Positions 18,640 through 26,763 of a stretch of 64,000 nucleotides of DNA are shown piece by piece (the stretch's first letter is position 1; every line of letters starts with the position of its first letter). A program made the position numbers and the translations under genes. The notes under the pieces were generated by a model that worked only from the letters and a program-made list of their open reading frames with translations, had not been told where the DNA came from and made no database searches. The stretch spans positions 67,819 to 131,818 of the forward strand of contig CAYUZX010000001.1 of assembly GCA_964449285.1 (NCBI GenBank), read 5' to 3'. The stretch is from an uncultured Prolixibacteraceae bacterium (GTDB lineage: Bacteria > Bacteroidota > Bacteroidia > Bacteroidales > FEN-979).

Positions 18640-19398
18640 ATGTACTGGCAGGTAGCACTCGTTATTCTTGGTTTCATGGTATTGGCCTTCATTGTGGCTT
18701 TACTGATCAAGGACAATTCCATCGTGGATCTTTTCTGGGGACCTGGATTCATCATTGTTACTGCATTCTCACTATCGATGGCTCCCAACCTCGACATTCG
18801 GAAACTCGTTATTGCTTTTCTGGTTTTGATCTGGGGGATGCGGTTGACGATTTATATCTTCCAGAGAAACAGGAGAAAAGGGGAGGATTTCAGGTACAAA
18901 CACTGGCGCGACACATGGAACAATTTTATCCTCAGGAGTTTTTTACAGATATTTCTTCTTCAGGGACTTTTCATGTATATCGTCTCATATCCTATCTGGT
19001 ACATCAACTACAATCCCGGGGAGGTTCTATCCACATTGGATACTGTTGGCCTGGTGATTTTTGGAATCGGATTTATGTTTGAGTCTGTCGGGGACATGCA
19101 GCTCGCCTTTTTTAAACAGAATCCAAAGAATAAAGGGAAACTGATAAATTCCGGATTGTGGAAATACACACGACATCCAAACTATTTCGGGGAAGCTCTT
19201 ATCTGGTGGGGGATCTGGTTTTATGCACTTGGAATCCCTGGTGGTTGGATGACGGTTATCAGCCCTATTTTAATTACCCTGACCCTTCGGTTCGTTTCTG
19301 GAGTTCCGATGCTGGAGAAGAGGCTCAGCGAACATCGTGATTGGGCAGAATATGCCCGGAAGACAGCTCCGTTTGTCCCATTCATTAAGTGGCTTTAG
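18640..19398 (+). CDS. DUF1295 / steroid-5-alpha-reductase-like membrane protein
   Basis: Polytopic, with the C-terminal motif GLWKYTRHPNYFGE typical of this family. Confidence 0.7.
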   Translation: MYWQVALVILGFMVLAFIVALLIKDNSIVDLFWGPGFIIVTAFSLSMAPNLDIRKLVIAFLVLIWGMRLTIYIFQRNRRKGEDFRYKHWRDTWNNFILRSFLQIFLLQGLFMYIVSYPIWYINYNPGEVLSTLDTVGLVIFGIGFMFESVGDMQLAFFKQNPKNKGKLINSGLWKYTRHPNYFGEALIWWGIWFYALGIPGGWMTVISPILITLTLRFVSGVPMLEKRLSEHRDWAEYARKTAPFVPFIKWL

Positions 19399-19404
19399 AC
19401 GGAA

Positions 19405-20307
19405 TTGAATTCGCATCATCAAACCGGATCGACCGAACTCAGCGGTGTCAACAGGGCATTTATCATTGGAATCCTTCTCAACCTTCTGTTTGTTGTCATT
19501 GAGTTTGGCGCCGGGTTTTTTCTAAATTCCCTGGCGCTAATCTCTGATGCCGGCCATAACCTGAGTGATGTAGCCAGTTTGACCCTCGCAATGGTTGCAT
19601 TTCGGTTGGCCAAAGTTAAGCCGAACCAGACATTCACTTACGGTCTTAGAAAGTCCACAATCCTAATCTCTCTTCTAAATGCGGTTATCCTGCTAATCGT
19701 AATCGGGGCCATCGCCTTGGAAAGCATCGCCCGGCTGAAAGAGCCACAGCCGGTTCAGGGAGATTACATGGCTGTGGTTGCGGGGGTCGGGATTATCATC
19801 AATACGGTCACTGCACTGCTCTTTTTCAAGAACCGGGAGAAGGACCTCAACATTAAGGGAGCTTTTCTTCATCTTGCTGCAGATGCGTTTGTATCCCTGG
19901 GAGTGGTAGGTACTGGAATCATCATCGGTTTTACCGCATGGTACTGGCTTGACACCGCTGTCAGTTTTGCAATTGTCATCGTGATCCTTATATCTACCTG
20001 GGGTTTGCTGCGTGACAGTACGATCCTGGCACTTGATGGCGTTCCTCGTGGGATAGACCTGGAGAAGGTGAAAGTTGCCATTTTATCCTCGAAAGAGATC
20101 AAAGATGTGCATCATATTCATGTGTGGGCGATGAGCACAACCGAAAATGCACTAACTGCCCACATTGTAGTAGCCCACAATTTCCCCCTCTCCTCTTTTG
20201 AGCCGTTAAAAACAGAAGTTCAAAAAGCTTTGCTGCAGCAAGAAATTCAGCATTCTACGCTAGAGATCGAGCTGGCCGGAGATCCCTGCGCCACAAATAA
20301 CATCTAG
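19405..20307 (+). CDS. czcD: Cation diffusion facilitator (Zn/Co/Cd efflux)
   Basis: SLALISDAGHNLSD and HLAADAFVS (HxxxD pairs), plus a C-terminal cytoplasmic domain. Apparent TTG start. Confidence 0.85.
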   Translation: MNSHHQTGSTELSGVNRAFIIGILLNLLFVVIEFGAGFFLNSLALISDAGHNLSDVASLTLAMVAFRLAKVKPNQTFTYGLRKSTILISLLNAVILLIVIGAIALESIARLKEPQPVQGDYMAVVAGVGIIINTVTALLFFKNREKDLNIKGAFLHLAADAFVSLGVVGTGIIIGFTAWYWLDTAVSFAIVIVILISTWGLLRDSTILALDGVPRGIDLEKVKVAILSSKEIKDVHHIHVWAMSTTENALTAHIVVAHNFPLSSFEPLKTEVQKALLQQEIQHSTLEIELAGDPCATNNI

Positions 20308-20340
20308 AATCATCAAGGAGTAGTGTCTTGTCCACACTGG

Positions 20341-21354
20341 TCAGCATAATTCCAATACACCCGACAATTTCTCAATCATTGAATCTGACACATCGAGGTG
20401 GGTAACCATGCGGATTGTCTGAGGTCCAAAGCCAATGGCAAAGATCCCTGCCTCTTTTAGCTTGGCAAGAAACAGCTCATTGGTCATCGCTTCGGTAAGG
20501 CTAAAAATAATGATGTTGGTTTCAATGGGTGCAACATGTTTAGCAAATGGACATGTTTGCAAAAGTTTCCCAATCCTGGCCGCCCGAACATGGTCGTCGG
20601 CGAGCCTGGTAATATGATGATCGAGGGCGTAAATCCCGGCGGCTGCGAGGTAGCCCGACTGCCGCATAGCTCCTCCGAAAAGTTTCCGCACCCGCCGGGA
20701 TTGACGGATGAACTTCATGGTACTAAGCAAGAGGGAACCCACTGGTGCACCAAGTCCTTTGGAGAGGCAGATCGATATGGAATCGAAGAGCCCTCCCGTC
20801 TCCAGTGGATCAATGCCGGTAGCCACCATGGCATTGAAGAAGCGGGCGCCATCAAGGTGTAGTTTCAAGGAGCGCTCCCGGCACACAGCGCTGATCCGTC
20901 TTAATTCAGCCGGATCATAACAGCTGCCACCACCGCGGTTGGAGGTGTTTTCGACCACAACAAGTCTGGATACCGGATGGTGGATGTCGTCGGGATTGAT
21001 ATTAACTGCCACTTGTTCTGCAGTTATCCGGCCCCTGTTGCCCTGGATCAGCCTCACCGAGGCTCCGGAGTTGAACGCGATCCCTCCACCTTCATATTTA
21101 TAGACATGGGAATTGGCATCGCAGATAACTTCATCTCCCGGACGGGTATGAACGTTGATGGCAATCTGGTTTGTCATGGTGCCGGAAGGGCAGAATAGGC
21201 CGGCTTCCATCCCAAACATGGCGGCAGCTTTTTCTTCAAGGGCAATGACTGATGGGTCATCTCCAAATACATCATCGCCCACCCTGGCTGAAAACATTGC
21301 CTCAAGCATCCCGGGAGTGGGACGGGTAACGGTATCGCTGCGTAAATCTATCAT
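20341..21354 (-). CDS. ltaE: Low-specificity L-threonine aldolase
   Basis: MIDLRSDTVTRPT..., GDDVFGDDPS and the PLP-lysine context SICLSKGLGAPVGS. Confidence 0.85.
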   Translation of the reverse strand: MIDLRSDTVTRPTPGMLEAMFSARVGDDVFGDDPSVIALEEKAAAMFGMEAGLFCPSGTMTNQIAINVHTRPGDEVICDANSHVYKYEGGGIAFNSGASVRLIQGNRGRITAEQVAVNINPDDIHHPVSRLVVVENTSNRGGGSCYDPAELRRISAVCRERSLKLHLDGARFFNAMVATGIDPLETGGLFDSISICLSKGLGAPVGSLLLSTMKFIRQSRRVRKLFGGAMRQSGYLAAAGIYALDHHITRLADDHVRAARIGKLLQTCPFAKHVAPIETNIIIFSLTEAMTNELFLAKLKEAGIFAIGFGPQTIRMVTHLDVSDSMIEKLSGVLELC

Positions 21355-21407
21355 CGGTTCGTTCCGGTTTAATCAGCGATAAAATTACGAAAATTCTGCA
21401 GGATTAA

Positions 21408-21500
21408 CAGGCTGAATTTAGTGGGAAATCGGTTCTTGCATGACAATCAGGTTGAATTTAGTGGGGTTGTAATTCTTGTCACCGTGACAAACAGGCTTAG
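21408..21500. repeat. Direct repeat with a 40-nt period: cagg(c/t)tgaatttagtggg at 21408 and 21448, partial third copy at 21492
   Basis: Two 18-nt cores identical at 17 of 18 positions, 40 nt apart, in the 142-nt spacer upstream of ltaE. Contains the dyad ttgtcac-c-gtgacaa at 21474-21488. Confidence 0.8.
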
Positions 21501-22618
21501 TTTTTAGGGAAAGTGATCCTGAAATGACTTCCCTGGTCAGGCTGGCTGGAAACCGTGATGGATCCGTGATTCAGATCGATCAGCTTTTTTACGATCGACA
21601 ATCCCAAACCACTTCCCGTAATATCTTTTGTTTTTGAGTTTCTTATCCTGACAAACTCTTTGAATAGTTTCCCAGTCTCTTCTTCACTCATCCCGAGTCC
21701 TGTATCTTCCACATCTATAGTTACTTCCAGAGAATTATCCTCAACCTTAAAAAAAACTTCACCTCCCTCACGGTTATACTTTATAGCATTCGACAGCAAA
21801 TTGTTGAAAATGATCTCGATCTCGGAAAGGTCGGAATTGATGTAGAGAGGTTGATCTCCGGAAAAATGGATTTTTACGGATTTCTGGATTGCCATTGGTT
21901 CCATGGAGTGCATAGCCATTCGGGCAACTTCTGTAATATCAACCCGATTAATGTTCCGTTTTTTCTTCCCACTCTCTATCCTGGTTAGGTCGAGCAGGTC
22001 CATAATAAGGCCGCGCATCCCCTTGATCCGTTCCAGGGATCTCGATACCATAACCTGGTAATCATCGATGTCGTTCCCGGCCTGTTTCTCCTGCATGATC
22101 CTAAGGTATCCTTCGATGGCATTGATGGGAGACTTTAACTCATGTGACAGTACCGAAAGAAACTGAAACCGAACCTGTTTGCCCTGTTCGTTCAGTTTTC
22201 TTGTCATTCGTTTGAGGAAGAGATGTTTGGTGATACTCTCCATAGCAGCTTTCAGCTCCTGCGGCGTAAATGGCTTGGGAACAAAATTAAAGGCGCCATT
22301 ATTGGTAGCTTTCACGGCAAGGTCGAGGGAAGCATAAGAGGTTATCATCATCACCTGGGTATCATATTCCTGCTGCCGGATATATTCCAATACTTCGATA
22401 CCATAGATCCCGGGAAGCTTGTTGTCAAGCAATACGATATCAATGGATTCCTTATCAAGAATCTCGATGGCCTCCTCCCCGGATCCTGTTTCTAACGTTT
22501 CAAAACCGAAGTCGTCATCCATGAATGGAAAACCGACTGTGAAATTCCGCAGAACCCTTGTCACTCCTGTACGAATACCGGGTTCATCATCTACAACCAA
22601 TACTTTCAGCATGTTCAT
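21497..22618 (-). CDS. Receiver-histidine kinase fusion (REC, HisKA, HATPase_c)
   Basis: KVLVVDDEP ... DIVLLDNKLP ... KP receiver, H-box LSHELKSPINAI and DTGLGM/GSGLGLSI ATPase boxes. Confidence 0.85.
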   Translation of the reverse strand: MNMLKVLVVDDEPGIRTGVTRVLRNFTVGFPFMDDDFGFETLETGSGEEAIEILDKESIDIVLLDNKLPGIYGIEVLEYIRQQEYDTQVMMITSYASLDLAVKATNNGAFNFVPKPFTPQELKAAMESITKHLFLKRMTRKLNEQGKQVRFQFLSVLSHELKSPINAIEGYLRIMQEKQAGNDIDDYQVMVSRSLERIKGMRGLIMDLLDLTRIESGKKKRNINRVDITEVARMAMHSMEPMAIQKSVKIHFSGDQPLYINSDLSEIEIIFNNLLSNAIKYNREGGEVFFKVEDNSLEVTIDVEDTGLGMSEEETGKLFKEFVRIRNSKTKDITGSGLGLSIVKKLIDLNHGSITVSSQPDQGSHFRITFPKN

Positions 22619-22636
22619 TGCGTGTTGTTTTTGTGG

Positions 22637-23020
22637 TCAGACTTTCAGGAGTTTGTTGATCTCCCGGTGAAGCTGATCGGGTCGAATCCCTTTTTCAATG
22701 TACTTGTCGGCTTTAATCCAACGCTTGTCATCCTCAGTTTCCAAACTGAATTTCATGCCACTGACTGCTGTTACCGAGGTGACGATGATGACCGGGACAT
22801 CCGGATATTTCTTTTTGATCTTGTAACTGAGAATAAATCCACTATCCTGATTTTCCATCATGAGATCGATAATTGCCAGATCAGGTTTCATGGTTTCTAA
22901 CAGCGATTCTCCCTCTTTCTGGGAAGAGGCGGTGATGGGCTGGTATCCGAATCTTAATACGTGAAACTTCAATTGTTCCAGTTGATCAGGATCGTCGTCG
23001 ACCAATAATATTGTTTTCAT
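22637..23020 (-). CDS. Single-domain response regulator (REC only)
   Basis: 127 aa. ILLVDDDPD, DLAIIDLMM, VTS and a late K. Confidence 0.85.
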   Translation of the reverse strand: MKTILLVDDDPDQLEQLKFHVLRFGYQPITASSQKEGESLLETMKPDLAIIDLMMENQDSGFILSYKIKKKYPDVPVIIVTSVTAVSGMKFSLETEDDKRWIKADKYIEKGIRPDQLHREINKLLKV

Positions 23021-23038
23021 TTGTTACTAATTTTGATT

Positions 23039-25015
23039 TTAATTTCGGGGTATGGTTATCCGGAAACGGGTACCAACTGATCCCTTTAAAGGGTCCGTAT
23101 TCGATTCGACGGTAATTTTCCCTTGATGCATTTTTACAATGCCATAAACGAGTGGCAGTCCCAACCCGGTTCCTTTTCCCAACTCTTTGGTGGTAAAAAA
23201 CGGGGTAAACAACTTTTCAATGTTTTCAGACGATATACCTACTCCGGTGTCAGAGATAGAGATCCGGATCTCATCGGCAGTATCTTTCAGGAGAAGTGAA
23301 AGGATCCCCCCGTCGGGCATCGCTTCCACGGCGTTTTTCTCCAGGTTTGTTAGCACCTGCATAAATTGGTCCTGATCCACCATGGCTAGCGGGTCGAGCA
23401 TCTCTGAACGGAAGTTCATAGATACATTGTCGCTGATAATCACCGATCGAAGGCTTTTTTTACAGAAGGCTTCGATGTCTGTTTCGGTTTTTTTTACCTG
23501 GTTTTTCCTGGCGAAGTTGAGCAACCCTCCAACGATGTTTTTGCACCTGTTTGTTTGTTCAACGATAAGTTCAATGTCTTTCCGCGCAGGATCCTCCGGG
23601 CCAGACTCCTCCAGGAGGATGTTTGCATACATGGTGATTACCCCAAGTGGGTTATTCAGTTCGTGTGCAATTCCTGCTGATAGTTGCCCCATGCCTGCCA
23701 GTTTTTCAGATTGTTTGAGAGCTTGCCTTGCATTGGCTAGTTTCTCATTTGACAGGTTAAGTTCTTTTACCGAAAGGTGAAGTTTTTCGATGGTATATGG
23801 AAGGCACATCTCACTTTCGGCCAGGCCCTCAACGATGGCAATCGCATGTTCGGTGCAGGACGGATATCCGCAAGCACCGCAGTTCAGGTGATCTTCGGGC
23901 CTGGTTTTCCCCATCTCCAGCAAAATATGATCAATCTCCTCCTTTGTGGGAAGCGGAAGTCTTCTGTCCCGGGGGAAGAATTGTTCGGAGAAATCCAGGC
24001 CCGCGAACTTCCTGACATTTTTTTGCCATTCCAGATGGTCGTATTGATCCAGTTTTTTTTTGGCATAGTTGCTTATTTGAGAACGTCGTGAATATTTCTG
24101 GCTGGGCTTGCTCATCCCCGGCCCCATGATGCATCCTTCACAACTGAGAAGTTCCAGGTGATGCTTCAGTGTCCCGCATTCAAATTCCTGAATGGCTTCT
24201 TTGTAGTTTTCTCTCCCTTCGGCAACAACAATATCTCCCTTGAAAATATCGTCACTGTTGTTTACGGTCTGCAGCATACCCCGGCTTACAGGATAAATGG
24301 CTCCTTTCCCGGCAAGAGGAGGGTCGAAACTGGAAGCCATACCTGGTTTTGGAACTACATTATTACGCTTGAACAGTTCCCTGAGTTCTACATAGGTTAG
24401 TACAGCGTCAACTTCTGTGGATTCAGCTTTTTTTGCGATGCAGGGCCCAATAAAAACTACCTTGGTTTCTGACCCATAAAGCTCACGGACAATCCGGGCG
24501 GTGGCGACCATTGGAGAGGCAACCGGAGCCAATGAAGGAACCAGGTTGGGATGATAATGTTCGATATAGTAGACAATTGCAGGGCAATCACTGGAAATAA
24601 CAGACGGATTTTCCGGATTGTCGAAAAGCTTGTTGTATTCCAGGGAGACCATATCGGCTCCGAATCCTACCTCCACCACATAGTCAAATCCAAGCTTGCG
24701 GATCATCTCTACCAACAAAGTATGGTCAGTGATTTCGTTGAACTCGGCAGGAAAACTCGGCGCTATGCAGGCAGCCACCGATCCGGGTGTACGTAATAGT
24801 TCTTCGGCTTCACCCGTAGTGTCCAGGTAGATTTTTGCTCCCTGACTACACACCTTTACACAATTGCCACAGGCAATGCACCGCTCGTTCATCACTTCAG
24901 CCTGGCCGTTATTGATCCGGATTGCCTTTACCGGGCACTCTCTCACACAGGTGAAACAAACCCTGCACCGGTCTTTCACCGTATATACTAATTGCCGTCT
25001 TGCCTGGTAATTCAT
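23039..25015 (-). CDS. Sensory-type [FeFe]-hydrogenase-like domain fused to a histidine kinase (2x[4Fe-4S] ferredoxin, H-cluster domain, Cx2Cx4Cx16C, HisKA, HATPase_c)
   Basis: Two CxxCxxCxxxCP motifs (aa 17-28, 46-57). H-domain motifs are divergent: L1 SSDCP (canonical TSCCP), L2 GPCIAKKAE, L3 ELLSCEGCIMGPG. Then C379-x2-C-x4-C-x16-C404, H-box AHELNNPL and ATPase boxes (DTGVGI, GTGLGLPL). Confidence 0.8.
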   Translation of the reverse strand: MNYQARRQLVYTVKDRCRVCFTCVRECPVKAIRINNGQAEVMNERCIACGNCVKVCSQGAKIYLDTTGEAEELLRTPGSVAACIAPSFPAEFNEITDHTLLVEMIRKLGFDYVVEVGFGADMVSLEYNKLFDNPENPSVISSDCPAIVYYIEHYHPNLVPSLAPVASPMVATARIVRELYGSETKVVFIGPCIAKKAESTEVDAVLTYVELRELFKRNNVVPKPGMASSFDPPLAGKGAIYPVSRGMLQTVNNSDDIFKGDIVVAEGRENYKEAIQEFECGTLKHHLELLSCEGCIMGPGMSKPSQKYSRRSQISNYAKKKLDQYDHLEWQKNVRKFAGLDFSEQFFPRDRRLPLPTKEEIDHILLEMGKTRPEDHLNCGACGYPSCTEHAIAIVEGLAESEMCLPYTIEKLHLSVKELNLSNEKLANARQALKQSEKLAGMGQLSAGIAHELNNPLGVITMYANILLEESGPEDPARKDIELIVEQTNRCKNIVGGLLNFARKNQVKKTETDIEAFCKKSLRSVIISDNVSMNFRSEMLDPLAMVDQDQFMQVLTNLEKNAVEAMPDGGILSLLLKDTADEIRISISDTGVGISSENIEKLFTPFFTTKELGKGTGLGLPLVYGIVKMHQGKITVESNTDPLKGSVGTRFRITIPRN

Positions 25016-25027
25016 TGGTTTGAGGGA

Positions 25028-26752
25028 TTACAGGAGTACATCGCGCTGACAATAGGTTGTATGGAGTAGTTTATGACTTTTCAGACTGAGGGGGCTTCCC
25101 AGGAAGTTCTGATAAAGTTCGAGGACTTCAGGGTTTTTATGGGAGACTTTGATGGTTTCTGTTTCGTCGATCTGATAGAGCGCCTGCATACGTTTCCGGA
25201 TAACATCCGGATGTTTACCAAGTGGCTGGCCACCACCGCCGATACATCCTCCCGGACAAGCCATGATTTCGATAAAATGAAGATCATTTCTCCCATTTCG
25301 GATCTCATCCAGCAATTTTTTTGCATTGGACAATCCATTTACCACCGCTACACCAAGTTGTAAATCGCCAATCTGGATTTTTGCCTCTTTTCGTCCGGCA
25401 CAACCTCTGACTTGCTGGATCCTATACTGCTTCAATTCTTTATTGGTGAGTTTAAAACAGGCTGTTCGCAGCGCTGCCTCCATAACTCCTCCCGAGGCTC
25501 CGAATAGTTTACCAGCTGAACTTCTTACCCCATGTGGCGAGTCAGCCGTTTCGGATTCCAGTTTATCCACTCCGATGCCAAATAGCCGGATGAAATCTGC
25601 CAACTCCCGGGTTGTCAGTACGGCATCGATATCAGAGATCCCTTTCTGCGTCATCTCTTCACGTTGCCCTTCGAATTTTTTCGCCGGGCAGGGCATAATT
25701 GCCACGACGTACAGGTTTTCCGGTTTAATGCCGGAATTTTCGGCATAATAGCTTTTAAGTACAGCTCCCAGCATCTGTTGAGGAGATTTACAACTGGAGA
25801 GGTTCGGGAGAAAATCGCAGGCGAACTCTTCAGCATACTTGATCCATGCCGGACAGCAAGAGGTTATCAAAGGAAGATGATCCTCATCCTTAATCCTTTC
25901 TATAAGCTCAGCCGACTCTTCCATAATAGTCAAATCAGCTGCGAAAGTGGTATCGAATATCCTGTCAAACCCAATTTTCCGAAGTGCAGCATTCAGGAGT
26001 CCGTTCACATCGGTTCCGGGAGCCATCCCAAACTCTTCGGCGAGCGTAACGGAAATGGCCGGTGCATATTGAACCACAACGGTTTTCGATGGATCCCCGA
26101 GAGCATCCCTGATTTCAGCGAAGTGATTTTTTTCAGAGAGGGCTCCCGTCGGACAAACCATGATACATTGCCCGCAGTTAATACAACTTGACGTGTTTAA
26201 CCCTTTGTTAAACGTGGGTCCGATCAGGGTCTGACTGCCCCTGTTGATGAAGTCGATTGCCGACACTTCCATCACTTCGGAGCATACTTTTACGCACCTT
26301 CCACAGAGGATGCATTTGGCCGGGTCGCGCACGATACTGGCACTTGACAGATCAAGGTGATGCCGGTTTTTCTCTCCACTGATTCTGCGTTCGGTGATGC
26401 AGTGTTCCCGGGCAAGATTCTGCAGGTCGCAGTTGCCATTGCGAACACAGTAGAGGCAGTCGTCGGGATGATTTGAGAGCAGCAGTTCAACGATCGTCTT
26501 ACGGGCTTCAATCACTCTGGGGGAGTGCGATTTGATCTCCATGCCCTGTTCCACTGTATAGGAGCAGGCGGTGATGAGCTTTCCTGTTTGTTCATTCTCA
26601 ACCACGCACATCCGGCAAGCCCCTGAAGGGAGAAAACCCTTCATGTGACACAGGGTAGGGATGCGGATTCCTTCTCGTTCCAGTACATCCAGCAGCAGTT
26701 CTCCTTGTTCTGCTTTCACCGGGTTGTTGTTGATCGTTATCGTTAGTTCCAT
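25028..26752 (-). CDS. hydA: [FeFe] hydrogenase catalytic subunit, HydA (multimeric A3-like)
   Basis: N-terminal 2Fe-2S and His-ligated cluster domains, 2x[4Fe-4S], then canonical TSCCPAW, MPCPAKKFE and EIMACPGGCIGGGGQP. Confidence 0.9.
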   Translation of the reverse strand: MELTITINNNPVKAEQGELLLDVLEREGIRIPTLCHMKGFLPSGACRMCVVENEQTGKLITACSYTVEQGMEIKSHSPRVIEARKTIVELLLSNHPDDCLYCVRNGNCDLQNLAREHCITERRISGEKNRHHLDLSSASIVRDPAKCILCGRCVKVCSEVMEVSAIDFINRGSQTLIGPTFNKGLNTSSCINCGQCIMVCPTGALSEKNHFAEIRDALGDPSKTVVVQYAPAISVTLAEEFGMAPGTDVNGLLNAALRKIGFDRIFDTTFAADLTIMEESAELIERIKDEDHLPLITSCCPAWIKYAEEFACDFLPNLSSCKSPQQMLGAVLKSYYAENSGIKPENLYVVAIMPCPAKKFEGQREEMTQKGISDIDAVLTTRELADFIRLFGIGVDKLESETADSPHGVRSSAGKLFGASGGVMEAALRTACFKLTNKELKQYRIQQVRGCAGRKEAKIQIGDLQLGVAVVNGLSNAKKLLDEIRNGRNDLHFIEIMACPGGCIGGGGQPLGKHPDVIRKRMQALYQIDETETIKVSHKNPEVLELYQNFLGSPLSLKSHKLLHTTYCQRDVLL

Positions 26753-26763
26753 GTTCTTATGAA

